DNA of 64,000 bases from Clostridium sp. CAG:793 (lineage in GTDB: Bacteria; Bacillota; Clostridia; TANB77; CAG-508), in assembly GCA_000433915.1 (NCBI GenBank), contig HF993636.1:2838-66837 (forward strand), in the 5' to 3' direction. Positions 1-9,216 of the stretch are shown piece after piece (the first letter of the stretch is position 1; every line of letters starts with the position of its first letter). The translations under genes and the position numbers were made by a program. A model generated the notes under the pieces. The model did no database searches. It was given only the letters and a program-made list of their open reading frames with translations, and was not told where the DNA came from.

Positions 1-2099
1 ACAGAGGCGATTGGTCCTTGTGCTTTGTCAAGTCTTGCTTCTATAACTGTTCCTTTTGATTGTCTATTAGGGTTAGCTCTTAAATTTTGCATATCTGCAA
101 CAAGTAGAACCATTTCTAATAAGTTATCTATATTAATGTTCTTCTTTGCTGAAATTGGCACAAATATTGTATCTCCGCCCCATTCTTCTGGAACTAGTTC
201 ATACTTCATTAATTCTTGCTTAACTTTATCAACATTTGCTCCTGGTAAGTCAATCTTATTTACTGCAACAATTATTGGTATTCCTGCTGCTTTTGCATGG
301 TTTATTGCCTCTACTGTTTGAGGCATAACACCATCATCTGCTGCTATAACTAATATTGCTATATCTGTGATTTGAGCTCCTCTTGCACGCATGCTTGTAA
401 AGGCTTCATGTCCTGGTGTATCTAAGAAAGTTATTTCTCTTCCATTTACATTTACTTTGTATGCACCAATATGTTGTGTGATTCCTCCAGCTTCTCCTTC
501 AATTACATTTGTTTGTCTAATTGCATCAAGAAGTGAAGTTTTTCCATGGTCAACGTGACCCATAACAACTACAACTGGTGGTCTTTGTTGTAAATCTTCT
601 TCCTTATCCTCTGAATCATCAAATAATATGTCTTCATCTTTGATTTCTTCTTTTTTAGTTGCCATTACTCCAAAAGCATCAGCTACTAAATATGCTGTAT
701 CAAAATCAAGTGTTTGATTGATATTTGCCATTATTCCTAAGTCAAATAATTTCTTAATTACTTCTGTACTTGTTTTCTTTAAATCTGTTGCTAAATCTTT
801 TACAGATATATTTGATGGAATTGTAATCTCTTTTAATTCAAAGATTTTTTGCTTATTTCTTTCTCCATCTTTCTTAGCTTTTTTCTTATTTTTCTTTCCT
901 CTTGCTGTAGTTAGGTCGTAATAATCAAGCATTCCTCCTTCTTGATCTTCAAACATATTAGACAATCTATTTACTTGCTTTAAGTCTCTTAATTTATCTT
1001 CATCAAATGATTCTTCATCTGATCCTCTTCTATTTCTGTTATTTTTCTTTTTGTCATCTAGATTTCTATTAGCTTTTTGTTTGTCAATAATTTTTGTGCT
1101 GTAATCTCTTTGATTGTCTTTTTCCATAATATCAATAGATACAATATCCTTAATGTTTTTGTCAATAGATTTATTATTTGCAGGTCTTTGTTTGAAATCT
1201 CTTTTGAAAGATGAACCATTATTATTATTATCTCTAAAACTTCTTGAACCTTCTTTGTTAAATCCAGAGTTATTGTTTCTGTTTCCAAATTTGCTATCTT
1301 GAGAGTTGTTGTTTCTAAATCCTCTATTATCTCTATAGTTGTTTCCGTCTCTGTTATTTCTAGCAAATCCGTCTCTTCCATTCTTATTAAAGTTTCTATC
1401 TTTGCTAAAACCTTCTCTTTGATTATTTTCTTTGTTATATCCATTTCTATTGAAATTGTCTTTATTAAAGCTTTTATTTGTTTGTTTATTTTCCATAATC
1501 TTTGTTTCTGCTTTTACTTCCTTGCTTATTGTTTTAGTTTCGTTATTAATCTTTTCATTATTTTTCTTTGTCTCTGGTTCTTTTATTTCTGGTTGTTTTG
1601 GAGCTTCTACTTTTTCAGTTGCAGCACTTTCTACTTTATTTTCAACTTTTTTCTTTTCTTCAACTTTTGGTTCTTCTTTTTTAGTAGCCTTTGGTTTTAT
1701 TCCAAATAGTTCATTAACGGTCATTGGCTTTGTTGGCTTTTCTCTATAAACTATATTAAAATCTTTGTTTCTTCTTTGTACATTAAAACCAATACCATTT
1801 TTCTGATTTTTATTTGTTTCTTGCTTTTTGTCTTCTACTATTACTTCTCTTCTTATTATTATTTGACCTGTTGTTTTTATTTCATCTTTCTTTTCTGTTT
1901 TTGCTTTCTTTTCCATTTTTTCTGGTTTTATATCCTTTTCGCTTTTTTTCAAATTTTCCTTCAACCTCTTTACATCATTTTCTTCGATACCACTTAAATG
2001 ACTAGTAACTTTTAATCCCATTTTTTTTGCTGTTTCTAATACATCTTTATTGTCTATCTTTAGTTCTTTTGCTATTTCGTATATTTTTATTTTAGCCAA
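1..2099 (-). CDS. infB: translation initiation factor IF-2 (N-terminal ~700 codons; the C-terminus lies beyond the window start)
   Basis: Own reverse-strand translation. TTG start at 2099-2097, 6 nt after GGGGGTG (rc of 2106-2112). N-terminus [30 protein letters not shown], then a long K/N/R/E-rich linker, then the G-domain [38 protein letters not shown]. Missing from the ORF track because it runs off the window edge. Confidence 0.93.
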   Translation of the reverse strand, partial: MAKIKIYEIAKELKIDNKDVLETAKKMGLKVTSHLSGIEENDVKRLKENLKKSEKDIKPEKMEKKAKTEKKDEIKTTGQIIIRREVIVEDKKQETNKNQKNGIGFNVQRRNKDFNIVYREKPTKPMTVNELFGIKPKATKKEEPKVEEKKKVENKVESAATEKVEAPKQPEIKEPETKKNNEKINNETKTISKEVKAETKIMENKQTNKSFNKDNFNRNGYNKENNQREGFSKDRNFNKNGRDGFARNNRDGNNYRDNRGFRNNNSQDSKFGNRNNNSGFNKEGSRSFRDNNNNGSSFKRDFKQRPANNKSIDKNIKDIVSIDIMEKDNQRDYSTKIIDKQKANRNLDDKKKNNRNRRGSDEESFDEDKLRDLKQVNRLSNMFEDQEGGMLDYYDLTTARGKKNKKKAKKDGERNKQKIFELKEITIPSNISVKDLATDLKKTSTEVIKKLFDLGIMANINQTLDFDTAYLVADAFGVMATKKEEIKDEDILFDDSEDKEEDLQQRPPVVVVMGHVDHGKTSLLDAIRQTNVIEGEAGGITQHIGAYKVNVNGREITFLDTPGHEAFTSMRARGAQITDIAILVIAADDGVMPQTVEAINHAKAAGIPIIVAVNKIDLPGANVDKVKQELMKYELVPEEWGGDTIFVPISAKKNINIDNLLEMVLLVADMQNLRANPNRQSKGTVIEARLDKAQGPIAS

Positions 2100-2189
2100 T
2101 AAATTCACCCCCGATTCTATAAAATGTTTATACATTTTTATAGCTTTCTATATATTTTATATACTTTTGTTCAAGTTTATGAATTTTAT

Positions 2190-3377
2190 TTAGTCTGCTT
2201 TATTAAAATCTGTCTCCTCTATATTTTCTTCTGTATCAGCTTTATTAAAATCTTCTTCTGTTTCTTCATTGTTTTCTTCTTGATTTTTCATAAGCATTTC
2301 TCTAAATTGAGATTCACTCTTTATATCTATTTTCCATCCTGTTAATCTAACTGCTAATTTTGCATTTTGTCCTGATTTTCCTATTGCTAATGATAGTTGA
2401 TCATCTGGTACTATTACTTGTGCAAAATGTTCGTCTTCTTTTATATCTACTGCTAATACTTTAGCTGGAAGCAATGCTGTTGATATGAATATTGATGGAT
2501 CTTCGTTCCATTCAATTACATCAATTTTTTCTCCGTTCAATTCGTTTATTATATTTTGTATACGTATTCCTTTTTGTCCTACACATGAACCTACTGGGTC
2601 AATATTAGGATTTGGTGAATATACTGCAACTTTGCTTCTTGATCCAGCTTCTCTTGAGATGCTCTTAATTTCTATTAATCCTTCATATATTTCTGGGATT
2701 TCTATTTCAAATAATTTTCTTACAAATTCTGTGCTAGCTCTTGATAGGATAATTTGTGTTGATCCTTTTGCACCTTTTTCAACACTGATAATACATGTTT
2801 TTATTTTATCATTTACATGATATTTTTCAGTAGGTATTTGTTCTTTCTTAGGCATAACTCCTTCTATCTTGCCTAAATCAAGTATAACTGCTCCACCATC
2901 TGCTTTTTGTACTAATCCTGTTATTATTTCGCCTTTTTTGTCAGCAAATTCTTTGAATATTACGTCTCTTGATGCTTCTCTTATTTTTTGAGTAATTACT
3001 TGTTTTGCTGTTTGTGCTGCAATTCTTCCAAATTCTTTTGGCATTAATTCAAATTGTACTTTATCGCCAACTTCATAATCACTGTTTATTTCTTTAGCAT
3101 CTTTTAAAGATATTTCTTTTTTATCATCTTCAACATTTTCAACAACATCTTTTTCTTGATATACGTGCATTTTTCCATCAATTTTATCTAATACTACTTT
3201 TACATTTTCATCTGAGCATTCAAAGTTTCTTTTATATGCTACAACAAGTGCTGATTCTATTGATTCCATTAGGAAGTCTTTATTTATTCCATTGTTTTTC
3301 TCTAGTTCATCCATTGCTAGTAATAACTCTGTAGTATCAATTCCTTTATTTACTACCTTTGTTTCTTTTTTCTTCAT
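2190..3377 (-). CDS. nusA: transcription termination/antitermination factor NusA
   Basis: 395-aa ORF with a NusA N-terminal domain, S1 and KH regions (e.g. RIAAQTAKQVITQKIREA, GSCVGQKGIRIQNIINEL, AIGKSGQNAKLAVRLTGWKIDI). Sits in rimP-nusA-infB synteny. Confidence 0.95.
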   Translation of the reverse strand: MKKKETKVVNKGIDTTELLLAMDELEKNNGINKDFLMESIESALVVAYKRNFECSDENVKVVLDKIDGKMHVYQEKDVVENVEDDKKEISLKDAKEINSDYEVGDKVQFELMPKEFGRIAAQTAKQVITQKIREASRDVIFKEFADKKGEIITGLVQKADGGAVILDLGKIEGVMPKKEQIPTEKYHVNDKIKTCIISVEKGAKGSTQIILSRASTEFVRKLFEIEIPEIYEGLIEIKSISREAGSRSKVAVYSPNPNIDPVGSCVGQKGIRIQNIINELNGEKIDVIEWNEDPSIFISTALLPAKVLAVDIKEDEHFAQVIVPDDQLSLAIGKSGQNAKLAVRLTGWKIDIKSESQFREMLMKNQEENNEETEEDFNKADTEENIEETDFNKAD

Positions 3378-3378
3378 T

Positions 3379-3852
3379 TTAATTTTCCTCCCAATTAAAA
3401 ACTGTTTTCATATTTGTTATATTATTTTTTTCTATGATTATTTCTTTTTCATCTGATTTCTTTATTGTAACAGTATTATCGTCAAATTTTTCTAAGATTC
3501 CAATTATCGTTTTTTCTTTTTCTATTGCTTTATATAAATGTACTTCTACTTTTGAATTAAGATTTTGCTCTAATTGTTCGTCATCTCTAATTCTTCTTTC
3601 TATTCCTGGTGATGAAATTTCTAAGAAATATTGTGATTTTATGAAATTCTTCTCATCTAAGAAGTCTGTAATACCATTATTAACTGTTTCACAATCATTT
3701 AAACTAATTCCTTCTTTTTTGTCTGTGTCAATGAATATTCTTAAATAATTGTCTTTTCCTTCTTTTTCATAAATTACATCATATATTTTGTAATTTAATT
3801 TTGTTATTATTGGCTCTATTGCCTCTTTTATTTTTGTTTCTAAAGCGGTCAT
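3379..3852 (-). CDS. rimP: ribosome maturation factor RimP
   Basis: 157-aa ORF ending 1 nt before the nusA start. RimP-like motifs (YLRIFID, LEISSPGIERRIR). Confidence 0.9.
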   Translation of the reverse strand: MTALETKIKEAIEPIITKLNYKIYDVIYEKEGKDNYLRIFIDTDKKEGISLNDCETVNNGITDFLDEKNFIKSQYFLEISSPGIERRIRDDEQLEQNLNSKVEVHLYKAIEKEKTIIGILEKFDDNTVTIKKSDEKEIIIEKNNITNMKTVFNWEEN

Positions 3853-3888
3853 ATTTAAAAACCTTTCTATTATTTATTAACATGAATT

Positions 3889-3915
3889 AAAGAGTGGAAT
3901 TGGCTTCCACTCTTT
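3889..3915 (-). terminator. stem-loop downstream of the phosphorylase gene (putative rho-independent terminator)
   Basis: AAAGAGTGGAA (3889-3899) is the exact reverse complement of TTCCACTCTTT (3905-3915), with a 5-nt loop. It lies 68 nt after the stop at 3983. Confidence 0.6.
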
Positions 3916-3982
3916 GCTCTCACTTATGTAACAATTACATTATAACTCATTTGTCTATATTTTGTCAATGCTTTCTTGGAAA

Positions 3983-6568
3983 TTAATTGTTATTCGTATC
4001 TGTTATCCATTTTACCAAATCTAAATTCATCGGATCTAATATCATTTCATTTTTAGGTATTACTCTAAATGTATATCCATAATCTCCGCCATTTTTTAAT
4101 TCTATTTTAGCACTGAATATATATTTATCTTTTTCAGTATCTTCTAGTTTCATTGATGTTATTTGTATATCATCAACTACTCCTTCTTCTGTAATCTTTC
4201 CATAGTAAACTTGGACATCTATGTTTTCTATTTTTATTAAATCATTTGGTAATGTTATTTCACATCCTACTGTGATTTTATTTCCTGCATCTACTGTTAT
4301 GTCATTGTAATTAGATTTACTTTGCATTATTTTTATGTTATTCCATTGTTTTGATATAATGTTTTTCCATTCATTATATTGACTTACTTTTTCTAAGTCA
4401 TTGTAATATTTATTGCTTAAATTGCATAATGGTATGTACATTTTTGATACATAATCTTGTAGCATTCTTGCTGTACTAAATTTTCCTGCATTTGATATTA
4501 TGCAATTTTTCATTATTTTTAGCCAATTATCAGAATATCCTTTTTCATTTTTATCATAATATGTTGGCATTATTTTATTTTCTAATGTATCATACATACT
4601 ATTGGCATCTGCATCATCTTGTTCATCATAGTTTTTATATTCTGCATTTGTTCCAATTGTCCAGCCATTCTTTTGGTTGTAACCTTCTGCCCACCAACCA
4701 TCTAATACGCTAAAGTTTATTACACCATTTACTGCTGCTTTTTGTCCACTTGTTCCAGATGCCTCTAATGGTCTACGAGGATTATTTAGCCAAACATCTA
4801 CTCCTGATACTAGGTATCTCGACATTCCTATGTTATAGTTTTCTAATAAGAATATCTTTCCTTTGAATTGTGGCTTTAGTGCTAAATCATGAATAAACTG
4901 TATTAGTTTCTGTCCTTCTGCATCTTGTGGATGAGCTTTTCCTGCAAATATTATTTGTATTGGCATATTTTTTTCATTAAATATTTTTGTTATCCTTTCA
5001 AGATCTCTAAATATTAATGTAGCTCTTTTATATGTTGCAAATCTTCTTGCAAATCCGATTGTTAATACATTTGGATCAAGTTTTCCTACTATTTCGTCAA
5101 TATCTTCATATGAATAATTATATCTTCTAAGTCTTGTTACTGTTGAATTTTTTACTATTTTTAATAGTTTTTCTTTTCTAGCTTGATGTATTTTCCAAAG
5201 TTCTTCATCTGGTATCTTCTCTATGTCTTTCCATACATCATCGTCTTGAATATTGTCTTGCCAATATGGTCTTAAATATTCATTATATAAATCTTTCATT
5301 GTTGGTGCAAGCCATGAGCATGTATGTACTCCATTTGTTACATAATCTATCGGTGCTTCATTTGCTGGAACATTTGTCCATACATCACCAAATAAATCTC
5401 TTGATACAGCTCCATGTAATTTACTAACACCATTTTTCTTTCCAGCAATTTTTAAAGCTAATATTCCCATGTTAAATCCTGATGTATTCACATCTTCTTG
5501 TGGTTTTGTTCCTAATTCTAAAAATTCCTGTTTTGATATTCCTAGCTTATCCCAATATTTATCAAAATATCTTTCAACTAAGTTTTTAGGGAATATATCA
5601 TTTCCAGCAGGTACTGGTGTATGTGTTGTAAATACTGTTTCTGCTGATACAATGTTTCTTGCAATTTCAAATGATACTTGTTTTGTTTTCATTACATTTT
5701 TTATTAATTCTAATGTTAAGAATGATGAATGTCCTTCATTCATGTGATATACAGTAGGCTTTAATCCTAATCTATATAGTAATTGTACTCCTCCCATTCC
5801 TAGTACAATCTCTTGTTGGATTCTCATTTCCTGGTCACCACCATATAGGGTTGTTGTAACATCTCTATATTCTTCTATATTTGCTTCTATATCTGAATCT
5901 AATAAGTATAAAGTTACTCTTCCAACTTCAATTCTCCATACTTTTAAATAGATGTTTTTAAGAGGAAATTTTAATGATATTAAAAGATCATTTCCTTCAT
6001 CATCTTTTACTGTATGTATTGGTAGTGTAGTTAAATCTACATCTTTGTATACAGTTTCTTGCTGACCAAATCCATTTATCACTTGATGGAAATATCCATG
6101 TTTATATAATAATCCGATTCCTACTAAAGGAATTCCCATGTCACTTGATGATTTTAAATGGTCTCCTGATAAAATTCCAAGTCCACCAGAATATATTGCT
6201 ACTGTTTCATCTAAACCATATTCAGCTGAAAAATATGCAATTAAATCATGTGCATTATTAGGATATTTTTTGCTATACCATGTTGATTTTGCATCCATAT
6301 AATCTTCAAAGTTTCTTACTATTTTATCATATTCTTTTAAAAACTCTTGATCGCTTGCAGCTTCTTCTAATCTATCTTGTGAAACAAGTCTTAAAAATTT
6401 TACAGGATTTTTCTCGCATTTTTCCCATAAATCCATATCTATCTTTTTAAATAATCTTAAAAATTCTGTATTCCATGACCACCATAAGTTGTATGATATA
6501 TCATATAATTTGCTTATTCTTTTTGGTAATTGTGGTCTTACTGTAATTTTATTAAAAACGTAAGGCAT
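3983..6568 (-). CDS. glgP: alpha-glucan (glycogen/maltodextrin) phosphorylase, GT35 family
   Basis: 861-aa ORF. The N-terminus (LWWSWN, NPVKFL) is typical of the long alpha-glucan phosphorylase clade. Also YSGGLGILSGDHLKS and the PLP-lysine region EASGTSGQKAAVNG. Confidence 0.9.
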   Translation of the reverse strand: MPYVFNKITVRPQLPKRISKLYDISYNLWWSWNTEFLRLFKKIDMDLWEKCEKNPVKFLRLVSQDRLEEAASDQEFLKEYDKIVRNFEDYMDAKSTWYSKKYPNNAHDLIAYFSAEYGLDETVAIYSGGLGILSGDHLKSSSDMGIPLVGIGLLYKHGYFHQVINGFGQQETVYKDVDLTTLPIHTVKDDEGNDLLISLKFPLKNIYLKVWRIEVGRVTLYLLDSDIEANIEEYRDVTTTLYGGDQEMRIQQEIVLGMGGVQLLYRLGLKPTVYHMNEGHSSFLTLELIKNVMKTKQVSFEIARNIVSAETVFTTHTPVPAGNDIFPKNLVERYFDKYWDKLGISKQEFLELGTKPQEDVNTSGFNMGILALKIAGKKNGVSKLHGAVSRDLFGDVWTNVPANEAPIDYVTNGVHTCSWLAPTMKDLYNEYLRPYWQDNIQDDDVWKDIEKIPDEELWKIHQARKEKLLKIVKNSTVTRLRRYNYSYEDIDEIVGKLDPNVLTIGFARRFATYKRATLIFRDLERITKIFNEKNMPIQIIFAGKAHPQDAEGQKLIQFIHDLALKPQFKGKIFLLENYNIGMSRYLVSGVDVWLNNPRRPLEASGTSGQKAAVNGVINFSVLDGWWAEGYNQKNGWTIGTNAEYKNYDEQDDADANSMYDTLENKIMPTYYDKNEKGYSDNWLKIMKNCIISNAGKFSTARMLQDYVSKMYIPLCNLSNKYYNDLEKVSQYNEWKNIISKQWNNIKIMQSKSNYNDITVDAGNKITVGCEITLPNDLIKIENIDVQVYYGKITEEGVVDDIQITSMKLEDTEKDKYIFSAKIELKNGGDYGYTFRVIPKNEMILDPMNLDLVKWITDTNNN

Positions 6569-6689
6569 ATAATTTCCTCCTTTGTAAACTAAAAAATCTT
6601 TTTTCTATTGTTATTCAACTTATATTATGACCTAACGATTTTTATTTGTCAATAACATTTTGATTAAATTTTGCTCTATTATGTAAATA

Positions 6690-6710
6690 AGCCACGTAAT
6701 ATACGTGGCT
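6690..6710 (-). terminator. stem-loop immediately after the P-type ATPase stop
   Basis: AGCCACGTA / TACGTGGCT inverted repeat, 7 nt downstream of the stop codon at 6717. The T-tract on the minus strand is modest. Confidence 0.5.
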
Positions 6711-6716
6711 ATAATT

Positions 6717-8594
6717 TTATTGTACTTTCATTGCTCTAAATGAGTTTAATACTGCAATTATTGTTACTCCAACATCCGCAAATACAGCTTCCCACATTGT
6801 TGCAATTCCTACTGCACTTAATATTAGTATTAACACCTTTATAAAAATTGCAAATGCAATGTTTTCATGAGCTATCTTTATTGTTTTCTTAGCTACTTGT
6901 ATTGCTTTAGCTACCTTAGAAGGCTCATCTGTCATTATTACAATATCTGCCGCTTCAATAGCTGCATCTGATCCTAATCCTCCCATTGCAATTCCTATAT
7001 CTGCTCTTGCAAGAACGGGGCTATCATTTATTCCATCTCCTACAAAAGCAAGTGCCTTTGAATCATCTTTATTGTTTAATAATTCTTCAACTTTTGCTAC
7101 TTTGTCTGCTGGTAATAATTCTGAATATATTTTATCTATATTTATTTCCTTTCCTACTTTGTCTGCAGCTTCTTTCTTATCTCCTGTAAGCATTACGATA
7201 TTGCTTACTCCTTCTTTTCTAAGCATTTCTATTGCTTTTTTGCTATCTTCTTTTATCTCATCTGTTATTGCGATTCTACCAATGTATTTTCTATCTACTG
7301 CAACATACAATGTTGTTTTACTATTATCTGCTTTTTTTATTTCTACTTTTTCATTTATGAATTTTTCATTTCCAACGCAAACTTCTTTTCCATCTACTTT
7401 GCACATTACTCCTTTTCCTGCAATTTCATGTAGATCTAAAATCTTGCTTTCATCAATTTCATCTATATACGCGTTTTTTACTGATGTTGCAACAGGATGT
7501 GATGAATAATGTTCTGCATAGGCTGCATATTTTAATATTTCTGCACATTTTTCTTTTCCCTCTTTATTTAAAGGATATGAATATTTAGTTTCATCTGCTA
7601 ATATAATTTTATCTACTATAAATGTGCCTTTTGTTAGTGTTCCTGTTTTATCAAATACTATTGTGTCTAATTTTGCTAGGTAATCCATATAGTTACTTCC
7701 CTTTATTAATATTCCCTGTTTTGATGCTCCACCAATTCCTCCGAAAAAGCTTAGAGGTACTGATATTACTAATGCACAAGGGCATGATATAACTAAAAAT
7801 GTTAATGCTCTATAAATCCATTCATATGGAGTTCCTATTTTTAATATAAAACTTGGCACTATTGCTATTATAAGTGCAAGTATTACAACTATTGGTGTAT
7901 ATACTTTAGAAAATTTAGTTATAAAATTTTCTGCAACTGCTTTTTTAGTTGTTGCATGCTGTACTAAGTCTAATATTTTGCATACAGTTGATTCTCCATA
8001 TTCTTTTTCTACTTTTATTGTAATGATTCCTGTTAGGTTTATGCATCCACTCAAAACTTCTGAATCAACTTGAACTTCACTTGGAAGTGATTCACCTGTT
8101 AGTGCTGCTGTATCGATATTTGAATTTCCTTCTATTATTATTCCATCTAGTGGTATCTTTTCTCCTGGTTTTACTACTATTATGTCTCCTACTTTTACTT
8201 TATCTGGAGATACTTTAGTTATTTTTCCATCATCTGATTTTAAATTAGCGTAGTCTGGTCTAATATTCATTAAATTTTCTATTGATTTTTTTGATTTATC
8301 AGTTGCTATTTCTTCAAACATTTCTCCAACATTGTAGAAAATCATTACTGCAACTGCTTCAGGAAATTCTCCTATTATTAATGCTCCTACAGTTGCTATT
8401 GTCATTAAGAAATTTTCATCAAAGATTTCGCCCTCTTTTATATTCTCAAAAGCTTCTTTTATTACTTCAAAACCAACTATTATGTAGCTGATTAAAAATA
8501 ATACTGTACTTAGCCATGCAATCTGGCTTTTTAAAATTATCGCTGCTATCAATAAAATTACACTTGATACTATTTTAGCAATTTTTTCTTTCAT
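6717..8594 (-). CDS. heavy-metal translocating P1B-type ATPase (Zn/Cd/Pb-type; no N-terminal HMA domain)
   Basis: 625 aa. TM CPC motif (SCPCALVISVP), phosphorylation site FDKTGTLT, hinge GDGINDSPVLA. The last TM carries ADVGVTIIAVLNSFR (D-x-G), typical of Zn/Cd pumps rather than Cu pumps. Paired with a CadC-like repressor. Confidence 0.9.
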   Translation of the reverse strand: MKEKIAKIVSSVILLIAAIILKSQIAWLSTVLFLISYIIVGFEVIKEAFENIKEGEIFDENFLMTIATVGALIIGEFPEAVAVMIFYNVGEMFEEIATDKSKKSIENLMNIRPDYANLKSDDGKITKVSPDKVKVGDIIVVKPGEKIPLDGIIIEGNSNIDTAALTGESLPSEVQVDSEVLSGCINLTGIITIKVEKEYGESTVCKILDLVQHATTKKAVAENFITKFSKVYTPIVVILALIIAIVPSFILKIGTPYEWIYRALTFLVISCPCALVISVPLSFFGGIGGASKQGILIKGSNYMDYLAKLDTIVFDKTGTLTKGTFIVDKIILADETKYSYPLNKEGKEKCAEILKYAAYAEHYSSHPVATSVKNAYIDEIDESKILDLHEIAGKGVMCKVDGKEVCVGNEKFINEKVEIKKADNSKTTLYVAVDRKYIGRIAITDEIKEDSKKAIEMLRKEGVSNIVMLTGDKKEAADKVGKEINIDKIYSELLPADKVAKVEELLNNKDDSKALAFVGDGINDSPVLARADIGIAMGGLGSDAAIEAADIVIMTDEPSKVAKAIQVAKKTIKIAHENIAFAIFIKVLILILSAVGIATMWEAVFADVGVTIIAVLNSFRAMKVQ

Positions 8595-8658
8595 TTACTT
8601 TTCCTTTTGTAATTCATTTGGATTTTAGGATATACCCATAAACCATAAATTATTAACC

Positions 8659-9018
8659 TTATCTATTTATTGTGTGTATTACACCTTTTTCAAGTATTTC
8701 TTTTACACAATTATCTGATAATGAATAATAAACAATTTTTCCTTGTTTTCGTGCTTTTACAAGATTAAGTTCTTTTAGTGAACTTAATTGATGTGATATT
8801 GCTGATTTAGTTACACCTGTTATTGCAGCTAAGTCGCATCCACACATTTCAGATATGTCTAATGCCCATAATATTTTTATTTTGGTTGGATCTGAAAAAA
8901 TCTTATAAAAGTTTGCAAGTTCCTCTATCCTCTTGTCACTCGGTAGTTGCTCTATTACGCTATTTACAACATCTTCGTGTATAACTTGCATGTCACAGAT
9001 TTCTATATCCTCGCTCAT
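8659..9018 (-). CDS. ArsR/SmtB-family metalloregulator (CadC-like)
   Basis: wHTH region (ISHQLSSLKELNLVKARKQGKIVYYSL), metal-site motif EMCGCDL and an N-terminal Cys (EICDMQ). I moved the start to the ATG at 9018 (MSEDIE), which has AGGAG 5 nt upstream. The track start at 9051 lies inside the operator. Confidence 0.85.
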   Translation of the reverse strand: MSEDIEICDMQVIHEDVVNSVIEQLPSDKRIEELANFYKIFSDPTKIKILWALDISEMCGCDLAAITGVTKSAISHQLSSLKELNLVKARKQGKIVYYSLSDNCVKEILEKGVIHTINR

Positions 9019-9035
9019 ATTTCTCCTTTCTTTAG

Positions 9036-9081
9036 TTGAATGTTTATTCAATTAACATTATAGTTGAATATATATTCAACT
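9036..9081. promoter_or_regulatory. two tandem palindromic operator-like sites upstream of the CadC-like gene
   Basis: Perfect 20-bp palindrome AGTTGAATATATATTCAACT at 9062-9081. Imperfect copy TTGAATGTTTATTCAA at 9036-9051. The TGAA..N..TTCA core resembles ArsR/SmtB 12-2-12 type operators. Confidence 0.7.
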
Positions 9082-9107
9082 GTCAATAGATTTATGATAA
9101 ATTTTTA

Positions 9108-9147
9108 TAAAAAAAGAATGCTCCAATTTCTTGAAACATTCTTTTTT
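9108..9147 (-). terminator. rho-independent terminator after the acyl-CoA synthetase gene (A/T tracts on both sides, possibly bidirectional)
   Basis: AAAAAGAATG (9111-9120) pairs with CATTCTTTTT (9137-9146), flanked by an A-run and a T-run. Confidence 0.65.
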
Positions 9148-9216
9148 ATCTTATCTTTCTTTTCTATTTATCATAATGATACTCCATATTTATTTTTCAG
9201 GTTTATCATATCATTA

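Noticed and set aside
1058-1749. Track ORFs inside the infB 5' region: 1058-1444 (minus strand), and 1114-1302, 1299-1709 and 1432-1749 (plus strand).
   Set aside because: They are alternative-frame or antisense readings of the K/N/R/E-rich low-complexity linker of IF-2. The IF-2 frame is continuous from 2099 to the window edge and has recognisable N-terminal and G-domain motifs.
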